Made by a program: the position numbers and the translations under genes | The notes under the pieces: generated by a model | Told to the model about the DNA's origin: nothing | What the model saw: the letters and a program-made list of their open reading frames with translations, nothing else | The model's database searches: none | In this document: positions 1 through 10,816 of the stretch, piece after piece | How the letters are laid out: every line of letters starts with the position of its first letter | Numbering within the stretch: the first letter of the stretch is position 1 | Assembly: GCA_965218785.1 (NCBI GenBank) | Contig: OZ244650.1 | Location: forward strand, 1,824,001 to 1,888,000 | DNA from: Nitrosopumilus sp. | Lineage (GTDB): Archaea; Thermoproteota; Nitrososphaeria; Nitrososphaerales; Nitrosopumilaceae | Reading direction: 5' to 3' | Length of the DNA stretch: 64,000 nucleotides

Positions 1-167
1 TGTCCCAGTCTTTTTTTCAGATGTGGTATTACGGATTTTGGCATTCCGGCAGGACTTGTGTTTGAGCTAAAATCCACGATTCGGGGATCCCTGACAGATA
101 CGGAGTATCTTCCCCCATGAGGCACGGGATTATGTGCCGTGATGGTGGATTTTGTCCTTATTTTCAC
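1..167 (-). CDS. PLP-dependent class I/II aminotransferase family, probably L-threonine-O-3-phosphate decarboxylase (CobD-like); 5' part only, runs off the window
   Basis: Hand translation from GTG at 167: MKIRTKSTITAHNPVPHGGRY...IVDFSSNTSPAG; HGG and DFSxNxxP are typical of CobD/HisC N-termini. Confidence 0.7.
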   Translation of the reverse strand, partial: MKIRTKSTITAHNPVPHGGRYSVSVRDPRIVDFSSNTSPAGMPKSVIPHLKKRLG

Positions 168-391
168 AGTATCAAGTAGGAATAGTCAATATAGTATCTT
201 TTGGTAGTTTGGCAGTTCTCGCATTATCATGGTATCTGTTTTCTGAATTTACGCTGAAATCCTGTCTGTTTGATGCCAGATATCAAATGCGGTGCCTTGG
301 CCTGTTTTCTCCAATATTACAGGCATGAGAAATTACGCATCAATATGGAGTTTGAAAAACGATTATTAATTGAAATCGATCAGTTTTAGAT

Positions 392-1468
392 ATGGAAAAG
401 AAAAGAGTGGCAATTATCGGAGTAACTGGTGCCGTAGGACAGGAATTTGTCCAATCTCTTGAGAATCACCCATGGTTTGAGGTAACTCAGATTGCCGCTT
501 CTGAACGTTCGGCAGGCAAGAACTATCTGGACGCAATCAAGGATGCAAGTGGAATTATTGCATGGGATGTCGGTGGAGAGATTCCAGAATACATCAGATC
601 AATGACTGTCAGAAAGACAGATGATCTGGATGTATCACAGTTAGATCTGGTATTTTCAGCAGTGGAATCCGTGGCAGCACGTGATATTGAAACTAAAATG
701 GCAGCAGATTTGCCGGTAATTTCAACTAGTTCTGCATATAGATATGAGGAAGATGTTCCGATTCTTATTCCAGGTATAAACGATGAACAGTCTGAGCTGC
801 TCGAAATCCAAAAGAAAAACCGTAATTGGAAAGGTTGGGTAGCACCCTTACCAAACTGTACTACTACCGGTTTGGCGATCACATTAAAGCCCTTGCTGGA
901 AAAGTATGGTGTAAAGAAGGTTATGATGACCTCAATGCAGGCCATCTCAGGAGGTGGAAAGTCCGGAGTTTCTGCAATGGGAATTACTGACAATATTTTA
1001 CCATGGATTCCAAAAGAAGAAGATAAAGTCAAAATTGAGACACGAAAGATTCTAGGCAAATTTAAGGACGGCAAGATAGAGAATGCAGACATTAGAGTCA
1101 GTTGTACCTGTACCCGGGTTCCCGTAATTGACGGACATACTGAATCAGTCTTTGTAGAAACTTCAGAACATATTGATTCTCCAAAAGCCAAAGAACTTTA
1201 CAACTCTTACAATCAATGTATTTCAGTTAAAGGATTGCCTTCGGCTCCAGAAAAATACTATGCATTTCATGATGACCCGACAAGACCTCAACCAAGAATG
1301 GAAAGAAGCGTCGGAGGTGGAATGACGACAACCATTGGAAGGGTGGAAAAAGAGGAATTATTTGATAATGGTCTAAAGTACATGTTGTTCTCACACAACA
1401 AGAAGATGGGTTCAGCAAAAGGCGCAGTGTTGTTAGCAGAAATGCTATACAAAAAAGGCAAGATTTAG
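392..1468 (+). CDS. asd: Aspartate-semialdehyde dehydrogenase
   Basis: GVTGAVG Rossmann motif, catalytic PNCTT, QAISGGG, RVPVIDGH. Confidence 0.93.
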   Translation: MEKKRVAIIGVTGAVGQEFVQSLENHPWFEVTQIAASERSAGKNYLDAIKDASGIIAWDVGGEIPEYIRSMTVRKTDDLDVSQLDLVFSAVESVAARDIETKMAADLPVISTSSAYRYEEDVPILIPGINDEQSELLEIQKKNRNWKGWVAPLPNCTTTGLAITLKPLLEKYGVKKVMMTSMQAISGGGKSGVSAMGITDNILPWIPKEEDKVKIETRKILGKFKDGKIENADIRVSCTCTRVPVIDGHTESVFVETSEHIDSPKAKELYNSYNQCISVKGLPSAPEKYYAFHDDPTRPQPRMERSVGGGMTTTIGRVEKEELFDNGLKYMLFSHNKKMGSAKGAVLLAEMLYKKGKI

Positions 1469-1666
1469 ACTATTTTTGCAAACACGAAATACCGTTGAGA
1501 CAAGCGAATTAAAGCAGTGATTCGAAAAACACCCCCAAAGGCATTGAAAATATCATTTCCGGAAAAAAGATGATAGTTATGGTACGATACGCAGGTATGT
1601 CCTGCAGACAAAGAACAGAGAAAAAATACATACTTTGCAGGAAAAAAACACAGATAGGAGCACCTG

Positions 1667-1774
1667 ATGGGGAGACCAAATGGGTATTCTGATGCAATCA
1701 AGACAATACAGGCAGCACGCACACGATTTCAGTCTGCCCAGGGGTTACGGAACAAATTGGCAGAGGGGAAATAA
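1667..1774 (+). pseudogene. Possible relic of an IS5-like transposase N-terminus
   Basis: 35-aa ORF MGRPNGYSDAIKTIQAARTRF resembles the GRPxxYSDxxI motif; lies in an otherwise non-coding 440-bp gap. Confidence 0.2.
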
Positions 1775-1906
1775 GGGCCTGTGGAGCCGGTTTTTTCATT
1801 CCATCAAACTCTAGACAAAATGTCTCAGAAAATCCAATCTTTTTTGCAAATTTTACAATAATAACTTTATAAGAACCAGAAATCTAGATCGACTCGGGGG
1901 TTTTGA

Positions 1907-2374
1907 TTGGTTAAAGTAGATGATTTGGATTTGCAAATTTTATCAGAATTGTCCAACGATGCATCGATTTCTGTTCCACAATTATCAAAAAAGATCAAAG
2001 TCAACTCATCAGTGATATATTCAAGAATCAAGAGATTAAGCAAAAGAAAACTAATTGAGCGTTTTACAATTGTTGTTAATTATGCCGAACTTGGCTATAA
2101 TGTCAAAGCTCTGACTGGAATTAACATGGACACAAAAAAACGCGATCATATAATTGACGAATTATTCAAAATTGATGGGGTACGAGAGGTTGCCGAAGTT
2201 ACAGGCAGATTTGACATATTGATAACCATGTATTCAAAATCGTTGGATCAGATGCATAAAATGGTCTCTGAACAAATTGGCAGGATTGACGGAATCCAGT
2301 CTTCAGAGTCGTTTATTGAGATGAAATCGCGAACAAAAGTAATGCCATATATGTCATCAAAGGATACAGACTAG
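1907..2374 (+). CDS. Lrp/AsnC family transcriptional regulator
   Basis: N-terminal DDLDLQILSEL...HTH, C-terminal RAM domain with VTGRFD. Confidence 0.92.
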   Translation: MVKVDDLDLQILSELSNDASISVPQLSKKIKVNSSVIYSRIKRLSKRKLIERFTIVVNYAELGYNVKALTGINMDTKKRDHIIDELFKIDGVREVAEVTGRFDILITMYSKSLDQMHKMVSEQIGRIDGIQSSESFIEMKSRTKVMPYMSSKDTD

Positions 2375-2376
2375 TA

Positions 2377-3306
2377 TTGCAAAAACAAAAGTCAGAATCT
2401 CGTATAGCTGTATATTATGAATTAACAAAACCAAAGATCTGGTATTTACTGGTGTTTACTGCATTTGGGGCAGCACTAACGGCATCTAATATTTACGGTA
2501 TTGAAGTTTCTCCTGCCACATGGGCATTAATGTTGTTTTCAGTTGCAGCCGGTTCTGCTGCTGCCAATACTTTGACAAACTACCATGACAGGGATATTGA
2601 TGCAATAATGGAGAGAACAAAAAACCGACCTCTGCCATCAAAGAGAATTCATCCGGCATCAAAGGCAAGAAATTTTGGATTTGCACTAGCTGGAATATCA
2701 CTGGTTTTAGCATTTGGAATTTCATTTACAACAACATTGGAACAAGGTGTGTGGGCAACCACGTTCATTGCATTTGGATTGATAAACAATATTCTCGTTT
2801 ATTCATATGCATTAAAACGAAATTCAAGAACCAACATAGTTTTAGGGGGATTATGTGGCGGGTCACCACCGATGATAGGATGGGTGGCTGTAAGCATGTC
2901 GGATTTGTGGACAATGGGTCTTGCAATGGCAGGACTGGTGTTTATTTGGATTCCAATGCACATTTGGGCATTGACTTTACATTTCAAGGAGGATTATAAC
3001 AAAGTCAATGTGCCAATGCTGACTGCAGTACAGTCTGAAAAGACATCAGCGAGGGTAATTGCAGCTTCGACTGTTGTAATGGTATTATTTTCAATTGCAC
3101 CATTTTTTATAACAACTGAAAATGGGGAAGAAATGGTGGGCAGTGTATATCTATGGACCGCAGTTGCATCAGGGGCATTAATGACTGCATTGTCAATTTG
3201 GGTCATAGCTAAACCTATGGAAAAAGCTTCTTGGACACTGTTCAAATTTTCTAGTCCCTACTTGGCAGTATTGTTTATTGCATTAATGGTGGATACCGGA
3301 TTATGA
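2377..3306 (+). CDS. ctaB: Protoheme IX farnesyltransferase (heme O synthase)
   Basis: ELTKP, DRDIDAIMERTKNRPLP, HIWAL...EDY motifs; multiple TM helices. Confidence 0.93.
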   Translation: MQKQKSESRIAVYYELTKPKIWYLLVFTAFGAALTASNIYGIEVSPATWALMLFSVAAGSAAANTLTNYHDRDIDAIMERTKNRPLPSKRIHPASKARNFGFALAGISLVLAFGISFTTTLEQGVWATTFIAFGLINNILVYSYALKRNSRTNIVLGGLCGGSPPMIGWVAVSMSDLWTMGLAMAGLVFIWIPMHIWALTLHFKEDYNKVNVPMLTAVQSEKTSARVIAASTVVMVLFSIAPFFITTENGEEMVGSVYLWTAVASGALMTALSIWVIAKPMEKASWTLFKFSSPYLAVLFIALMVDTGL

Positions 3307-3510
3307 AATACTGCCATTATCATCAAGACTGTTAAGATCTTTAGTAATTTTGGAGTGTTTTTCCACTAATGTTTCAAGTTCATTTTGTAGCTGTGTAGAA
3401 TCCCATTTTGATTTGATCATGGAGGATAACTTTGAAACAATACTCCATTGAAGATTGTTCTGCTCATCAATTAATTCTAAAAATCGCTTGCCTTTTGCAT
3501 CATCATTCAT
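3301..3510 (-). CDS. Small helical hypothetical protein
   Basis: 69-aa ATG ORF with coiled-coil character filling the gap. Confidence 0.7.
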   Translation of the reverse strand: MNDDAKGKRFLELIDEQNNLQWSIVSKLSSMIKSKWDSTQLQNELETLVEKHSKITKDLNSLDDNGSIS

Positions 3511-3597
3511 AATTTTCCGACATAATACAATGATAAAAAGTTAGCATGGGTAATAATATAATTTCAAAGTGTTATTAGGAAATACGGAATATCTGAT

Positions 3598-3762
3598 ATG
3601 TTGAAATGCAGTATATCAAAATGTGGGTTAAAAGCGGTGGAAACCGTGAAAATCAGTTTTAAAGAAACAAGAAAGCTGTGCGAAAATCATTATAAATTAT
3701 TCAAAAATAAGGAGAAAAAGTACCCTGCAAATTTTACCAAGGCGTCAAAATCAGATATATAA
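3598..3762 (+). CDS. Small zinc-finger-like protein (54 aa; not in ORF track)
   Basis: MLKCSISKCGLKAVETVKISFKETRKLCENHYKLFKNK...: C-x4-C...C-x2-H. Confidence 0.65.
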   Translation: MLKCSISKCGLKAVETVKISFKETRKLCENHYKLFKNKEKKYPANFTKASKSDI

Positions 3763-3828
3763 TACTTGGAATTTTTCAAACTTCAAAATTATTGAAAGAT
3801 TTAACACATACGGTTTTTAAACAAAAGT

Positions 3829-4299
3829 ATGGTCGCCAATAAGGAGATTATTAAAAACAAGTCAGCTACAAAGAAGACCACAAAGCCAAAAAAACAAGCA
3901 AAATCTTCAACAAAAAAACCTGAATTTGAAAAAGCGTGGTCAGAATACAATTCGGCACTAAAGGGGTGGAAGGAATCCCTTGCACAATGGCAAAAAGCGA
4001 CAAATGAAACCCTAATAACATATCATGATGCGTGTCAAAAGGCATTAGAATCAGACTCGGAATTATTGAAGAAAGTAAGTTCAAGTTGGGAAAATACATG
4101 GGAAGAAATCGGTCCTGAATATATCAAACAGCAGACCAAGATGATGGAAAATATTTTCAAAGAAACTAATCTTGAATCAATGAAAAAATTCAATGACCAG
4201 TGGGAAAGATTTCTTAAAACATCAGGAGATGATTCGATAAAAGCATATCAAGAGGCCATCAAGAAATTCAATCAAACGTGGCAATCTCAACGGGTGTAA
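3829..4299 (+). CDS. Amphipathic helical Trp-rich protein with Lys-rich N-terminus; paralog of 6812..7255
   Basis: 156-aa ORF; aligns by eye with 6812..7255. Confidence 0.8.
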   Translation: MVANKEIIKNKSATKKTTKPKKQAKSSTKKPEFEKAWSEYNSALKGWKESLAQWQKATNETLITYHDACQKALESDSELLKKVSSSWENTWEEIGPEYIKQQTKMMENIFKETNLESMKKFNDQWERFLKTSGDDSIKAYQEAIKKFNQTWQSQRV

Positions 4300-4318
4300 T
4301 TCCATAAATTTAAATTTA

Positions 4319-5521
<1,203 letters not shown>

Positions 5522-5629
5522 TAAAAAATAATAGTTATTTTCTAGTAAATAAGCAAGTCTAAGAACAGCAAAATAATGAATTAGCCTCAAAAAATAAGGT
5601 TATAATTGGTTCAACAATACCGTAAACAA

Positions 5630-6013
5630 ATGGAAATATCAATAGAGCCATGGAAAAAGCTGGTTATTCATGAGGTAATTGAATACAAATTTGAAGACTG
5701 GGTAAAACAAATAGCATTTAGTACAAGAACATCAGGCGGTGGAATACCAACAATGCAGTGGACAAATGGGATTGTTTTTTCACCAGCAAATTTTCCAACA
5801 ACAAATTCCACTGTTGAAGAGCAATTAAAGGGAATTTTGCATTGGTCCTCAGTATCTTTTGCGATTAAGGAAAAATTTGAAAAACAGATCGTAAAAGAAA
5901 ATGCCACTATTAATCTAGTTGATGTTAGCGTAAACGAGATCTTCAAGGAATTGGCGATAAATTTGAAGACACGATCAAAATATGCTGTAGTTAAATCCGA
6001 CAAAGACCAATGA
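5630..6013 (+). CDS. Conserved archaeal hypothetical protein
   Basis: Likely start MEISIEPWKKLVIHEV; overlaps the next gene (ATGA). Confidence 0.8.
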   Translation: MEISIEPWKKLVIHEVIEYKFEDWVKQIAFSTRTSGGGIPTMQWTNGIVFSPANFPTTNSTVEEQLKGILHWSSVSFAIKEKFEKQIVKENATINLVDVSVNEIFKELAINLKTRSKYAVVKSDKDQ

Positions 6014-6687
6014 ACATCGAAGAAACAATCAAAAATTGTGAAATATCTCTAAAGCAGATTAAACAATATGATCCTGATCCTTACTATGTAAATCATTTTT
6101 TTAATAAATACATAGACTCTGTAAATGATACAATAAATGGAATTTTTGAAGAAGGAAACAAGGATTTTGGATTGTTTATTTCAGAAAAGATTTCACAGAA
6201 AAAATTTGATGAGAATGCCAGAGAGAAAAATGATGAAAATGCTATGAAATTTTCAGAGTGGTATTCAATGCAGTATAATCATGAACATCAGAATACATAT
6301 CCAAATTTTATAAAAAAAATCTGTCAATTCAAAAATAAATTCGGAAAATTACCTGAAATTAAAGTTATGATCATAGCATCAGAAAGATACAAAAATGACA
6401 TTTATCAGCAAATTAAAATTAATTTGAGTCATGAAAAATTACGTTCAAAAGAAGAGTTAGAAATTGAGATAAAAAGACAATCACCAATATTTTTAGAAGT
6501 AATCAATCATAAAAGAAATGAGAGTGGTGAGCCCAAAGTAAATAAAAATCAAGTAATCGCATCCGCGTTTTTAGATATTGGGGAAGACAAAGATGTGGAA
6601 ATTGTTTATGCGGCTCAAATTTACATCCAAGTCATAAAACGCCTGGTTGAGAAATCAAGAAAGAAAATAAAGGAATTAACTGCATGA
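6010..6687 (+). CDS. Hypothetical protein
   Basis: 225-aa ORF translationally coupled to the upstream gene. Confidence 0.8.
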   Translation: MNIEETIKNCEISLKQIKQYDPDPYYVNHFFNKYIDSVNDTINGIFEEGNKDFGLFISEKISQKKFDENAREKNDENAMKFSEWYSMQYNHEHQNTYPNFIKKICQFKNKFGKLPEIKVMIIASERYKNDIYQQIKINLSHEKLRSKEELEIEIKRQSPIFLEVINHKRNESGEPKVNKNQVIASAFLDIGEDKDVEIVYAAQIYIQVIKRLVEKSRKKIKELTA

Positions 6688-6811
6688 AAATAATCTCAGA
6701 AAGATTAAATCCAAAATGTGTCAATTCATGATGGATGATAATATCTAACGCTGTAAACGTAATCTCCCGGCACTAGAAGAATAAACCAATGTAGACTTGT
6801 TTCCATTTAGA

Positions 6812-7255
6812 TTAATGACTTTTGGGCCACATTAAAGTCCAAGTTTCAGCAAATTTTTTCATCATTTCCCCATATGCTTGCATTTGTTCCAATCCGGATG
6901 TACTCAAAGTCTTTTGCCAATTTTCAGTAAATTGTGTGAAAACAGAAGTGTTGGAATCATTGAAGGATTTTTTCCAGTTTTCACTAAATTCTTTGAAGGA
7001 TTGAATTCCTACTTCATTCATTGCCTTTTGCCAGTTTTCGCCAAATAATTTCATGGTTTCTGCACTGGATTCAGCAGTGGCCTTGTCCCAAACCTGATTG
7101 AATTTGATTTGCATTTCATTACTTGCATTTTGGATTTGTTCAAAAAGAGATTTCCAGTTTTCAAGAGATTTTGTATATTCCTGCCATAAGGAATCCCATT
7201 CATTTGTTTTTTCTTGTTCAGATATTTCATCTGTTTTTTCATTTTCAGACATCAA
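6812..7255 (-). CDS. Amphipathic helical protein with 19-aa F..ENW.K repeats; paralog of 3829..4299
   Basis: FGENWQK / FSENWKK / FTENWQK periodicity. Confidence 0.8.
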   Translation of the reverse strand: MMSENEKTDEISEQEKTNEWDSLWQEYTKSLENWKSLFEQIQNASNEMQIKFNQVWDKATAESSAETMKLFGENWQKAMNEVGIQSFKEFSENWKKSFNDSNTSVFTQFTENWQKTLSTSGLEQMQAYGEMMKKFAETWTLMWPKSH

Positions 7256-7305
7256 TTGGGGATAGTTTTCATTATTCTTAAATGGATCTATGAAAATCAG
7301 ATTAA

Positions 7306-8643
7306 TTACTTGAAATATTTCTCTAATTTGATGTTATCAAGTTTTGGAATTCTTGCTAATTCAAATCCTTCTGGACGTTTTGAAAGAGAGCGGGTGGCAT
7401 CAATGCCCATTTTTGCAGTACGTAATTTCTTTTGATCACTGGAGGGATCAAGACTGGAACCACGGACGTTTTTTATAATTATCAAATCTTTATCTGCTTG
7501 AAACCTGGTAGCCATTGCATACTCTACTGATTCTGCATTATTAGGATCAATATCTTCATCAACTATAATTACCTGTTTTAGAGAACGGTGGGATTCAAAT
7601 GCCTTTTTAATAATTTTTTTGGGATCGGACTCGTTTTTCTTTTTTATTTGTACAACAGCATGTAGCCAATTGCATCCGCCGTTAGTCATTGAAATTTGTC
7701 GTGTTTGGGAATAACTTTTCTTCAGTTCTCCATTTAGTTTTGATTCTATGGGCATGCCCATCAAAAACCTATGTTCTGAATAACCAGACAGAACATCATG
7801 GAAGATAGGATTGTTTCTAAAATACAGATTTTCAAGTTCAAAAACTGGTTGAGATCTTTTGTGATCATACGTCTGCAGCATTTCAACCATCCATTCAGGA
7901 TGAGTTTTGTCATGAAGAATTCTTCCTTCCATTACAATTTCAGCGCCGGAGGGTACACTTAATCCCGTAAAGGGGAGTTTTGCCAGAGTTAATTTTCCAT
8001 TCAAAAGAGAATTGGCAATGTCAATTTCATCTTTTCCCCATTCAGCTTGATATGCACCTGCAATAGAAATTGCAGGATGAACTCCTACAGTAAGTGCGAT
8101 TTTTAGATCATCACCGTGTTCTTTGGCGTCAATAAAACATCGGTGCAGATGACGTCCTTCTACCATCCTAATTGAAAAATGAGTTTTATCAATTGGCATT
8201 AATCTGTGAAAAGAAGAATTTTGTTTCTTAGTTTCGGGGTTTTTGACATATGCAATTGAGGATGTGATAAAGGGTCCGGATTCCTTTTCAAAGTGGGTTA
8301 CAATAGGCATAGAAAAGATGTTTTTTGACTTGTTTTCCATGAATTTTCCAGAAGGGATGGTTTTTGGTTTTTTAGCTTTTTTTATTGCTGAAATAATTTT
8401 TTGATGAATGTTATCTTCTGTTCCTCCAACGGCAAGAGCAAATCTTTTTCTAGTCCCTACCAGATTAGCAACTAAATTAAAATTACTTTCCTTGATATTT
8501 TCAAACAAGACAGCATGAGAACCGTCAGCTTTTGCGGTAATTCCTGCAATTTCAAATTTTGTAGAAACTTTTGTTTTTACAATTTTAAGATCTTTGTTCT
8601 TTTTTATTTGAGAAATATAATTTCTTAAATCACTCATTCTCAA
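7306..8643 (-). CDS. UbiD family prFMN-dependent decarboxylase
   Basis: HFEKESGPFIT, SFHRL, VDEDIDP, SSLDPS, KMGIDAT motifs. Confidence 0.92.
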   Translation of the reverse strand: MRMSDLRNYISQIKKNKDLKIVKTKVSTKFEIAGITAKADGSHAVLFENIKESNFNLVANLVGTRKRFALAVGGTEDNIHQKIISAIKKAKKPKTIPSGKFMENKSKNIFSMPIVTHFEKESGPFITSSIAYVKNPETKKQNSSFHRLMPIDKTHFSIRMVEGRHLHRCFIDAKEHGDDLKIALTVGVHPAISIAGAYQAEWGKDEIDIANSLLNGKLTLAKLPFTGLSVPSGAEIVMEGRILHDKTHPEWMVEMLQTYDHKRSQPVFELENLYFRNNPIFHDVLSGYSEHRFLMGMPIESKLNGELKKSYSQTRQISMTNGGCNWLHAVVQIKKKNESDPKKIIKKAFESHRSLKQVIIVDEDIDPNNAESVEYAMATRFQADKDLIIIKNVRGSSLDPSSDQKKLRTAKMGIDATRSLSKRPEGFELARIPKLDNIKLEKYFK

Positions 8644-8971
8644 TCATCTCAATAATCTCAGACATTAAGGCTTTTGCAGTTTTTGGTTCCAATTCCTTTT
8701 GAATAAACGCAGAAACCAAGGCAATGCCCCGCATCCTGGTACTAATCCGCTCAGACACAAGTTTTAGAAAAAGAGATTCTGTTTTTGATGGTATGACAGT
8801 AGTTGTAACCGGAGTGGGACCAGTTGATAAAGAGGCGACAACAGAACCAATTTTGTTAGATCCTTCTGTTATAGAGACAAAATATCCATTTTCAAATTTT
8901 TGAATCTGTAAAAAAAAACCGCGACTCTCCAAATTTACCATTTTTTGGAAAAATCCATTTGGAGAGATCAA
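8630..8971 (-). CDS. Hypothetical protein, possibly proteasome assembly chaperone 4-like
   Basis: 113-aa alpha/beta ORF overlapping the ubiD start; family recalled, not verified. Confidence 0.55.
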   Translation of the reverse strand: MISPNGFFQKMVNLESRGFFLQIQKFENGYFVSITEGSNKIGSVVASLSTGPTPVTTTVIPSKTESLFLKLVSERISTRMRGIALVSAFIQKELEPKTAKALMSEIIEMIENE

Positions 8972-8988
8972 TAAGCTATGAACAAATC

Positions 8989-9450
8989 TTATGCTTTTAT
9001 TGCTATTGATTCATTTTCTGAGGAGGTTTTGATGTCTGGGTTTTTCTTGCAATTCTTTTCGTGTTTGTCTGGATAAACAAACAATTTTTCACAGTATTTG
9101 CAAGGAGTCTTTTCCTTACCTGTCACTTTTGATTTGATTGTCTTTGTTTTTGCAGTTTTAGATTTGGATTTTGTTTTTGCTTTTACAGCAATAACTTCAA
9201 TCTCTTCTGCTTTAGCATTAGCAACAGATTTAGCTTCCATAGAATCAGCCTCAACTCTAGCACGTAATTTTGCCTTGTATTTCAAATTACGTGGTTTTGT
9301 TCTTAATCTATATCCACAACATGGACACCAAAGTCCCTCCCATTTGATGAATATTTCACAAATTTGGCATCGACGCTGTCCAGAAGCATATCTTCCGGTT
9401 CCAACAGGCTTTTGAGCCTTGTATCTAACACAAATTCCTTTACAAGTCAT
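8989..9450 (-). CDS. Cys-rich zinc-binding protein with Lys/Thr-rich linker and C-terminal zinc finger
   Basis: CKGIC, CQIC, CPCCG, CKYC...HEKNC. Confidence 0.8.
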   Translation of the reverse strand: MTCKGICVRYKAQKPVGTGRYASGQRRCQICEIFIKWEGLWCPCCGYRLRTKPRNLKYKAKLRARVEADSMEAKSVANAKAEEIEVIAVKAKTKSKSKTAKTKTIKSKVTGKEKTPCKYCEKLFVYPDKHEKNCKKNPDIKTSSENESIAIKA

Positions 9451-9709
9451 CTTGGTAATTTCTTATAGAATTCACAGCTATATAAGGTTGGATCGATAAA
9501 ATCTATAAAAAAAAATCAAAAAATATGAAAATATTTTGAATAATTATGCGATCAGCCTAATTAGTTTCAAAAAAAACGGACAAATCATCAATAAATATGT
9601 ATAGCTGATTTCTGGATCAGATTTTTTGAAAAAATAACAGGTATCAATATAGTTGTTTAACTAAAAATTTCATTTTTTTAGAAAAAAAGACAATAAAATG
9701 TAGGAATCC

Positions 9710-9958
9710 TCATATATTCATCATCATTACGCCTTTGATTACAGTAGGATGATGTTCAAAAATATCCTCATGTAGTAGTAGCAGCGGTTTTTCACATTTT
9801 TTTGGGGATTCTTTTCTAGTAGTAAGAACCAGATGTCCTGAATAATCTAGAATTTCTTCAGGAAGTATAGAGTCAAATGATAATTTGAGGGTTTTAAGAT
9901 AGGTTGAAAATCTATAATATGGTTTACCATAGTCGCAATTCCAATACGGACATTCAGT
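9710..9958 (-). pseudogene. Frameshifted/truncated gene remnant
   Basis: Start-less 73-codon frame YGKPYYRFSTYLKTLKLSFDSILPEEILDYSGHLVLTTRKESP...; upstream VRIGIAT lies in a different frame. Confidence 0.45.
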
Positions 9959-9999
9959 AAGGGATCGATATTTTGTGAAACAATATATGGGATTTAGAT

Positions 10000-10359
10000 T
10001 TATGGCTTCAAAACAGTTGATACGACGTGTTTTACCGCTTCATCAAAATTGGCATCAATTTTTGACTTAATTTCGGATAATTTAGCATCACCTTTTTGAG
10101 AAATTTTTGCAGATTCTGCAGTCGCCTTTTCTTTTGAGGCATTAATGATAACTTCGGCCTCTTTTGTAGCTATTTCCCTGGTTTTTTCTAGCAGGGCATC
10201 AATTTCAGTCTGTGCCTTTACAGCAAGTTGTTTTTTCATATCAGCGACTTTGCCGTTTAGAGAATCCATATCATCCTCCAGGCTGTTCAAAGACTTTATT
10301 ATTCCAGTAACTTTGGATTCAGCCATATCACTCATTATACCCAAATTCGAATTTTCCAT
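10000..10359 (-). CDS. Probable A-type ATP synthase peripheral stalk subunit H (G-like)
   Basis: Continuous Ala/Glu/Lys helix ending NFDEAVKHVVSTVL, typical of AtpH; start may be a downstream Met. Confidence 0.6.
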   Translation of the reverse strand: MENSNLGIMSDMAESKVTGIIKSLNSLEDDMDSLNGKVADMKKQLAVKAQTEIDALLEKTREIATKEAEVIINASKEKATAESAKISQKGDAKLSEIKSKIDANFDEAVKHVVSTVLKP

Positions 10360-10480
10360 TAATTAAATCATTCAGTTTTTGCTTGATTTTAGGCACAAAT
10401 GGCACTTTTGTAGCTAGAAGCATGGTTGCTCTTGCAATCACCCTTGACCTAGAAAGGAAATAGAGAGGTGTAAAAATGGG

Positions 10481-10816
10481 TTATTTGAGAAGCATGATTG
10501 CTCTTGCAAGATCACCTTTGGCCTCCTCTAAAGCATTTTTAGCCTTTTCCTCATTAACTCCGGTCTTTTGGCAGACTAGTTGAATATCATCATCTGAGAA
10601 GATAGGAACATCTAACTCACGTTCCTCATAACTATCTGTAGTTACTGTAAAAGTAGAACTATCCTTTTGTTTCATTTCAGAGACGGAGGGTTTGGAGATA
10701 ATAATCTCCTTTTTGTCGGTCTTAATTATTACCTCTTGAACATTTGGAATCTCGTTTATATCAACGCCCATTTTGTCCATCATTCTTCGCATTTCGCGAT
10801 TTCCACCCCGCATCAT
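10481..10816 (-). CDS. nac: Nascent polypeptide-associated complex protein
   Basis: MRRMMDKMG, EVIIK, C-terminal UBA ALEEAKGDLARAI. Confidence 0.92.
   Translation of the reverse strand: MMRGGNREMRRMMDKMGVDINEIPNVQEVIIKTDKKEIIISKPSVSEMKQKDSSTFTVTTDSYEERELDVPIFSDDDIQLVCQKTGVNEEKAKNALEEAKGDLARAIMLLK

Noticed and set aside
181-360. Cobalamin riboswitch upstream of the cobD-like gene
   Set aside because: Only GAACTGCC resembles the 3' end; no AGGGAA or CCCGCAACTGT core
392-1468. Malonyl-/succinyl-CoA reductase (Asd paralog in Sulfolobales)
   Set aside because: Nothing in sequence or context favours it over ordinary Asd
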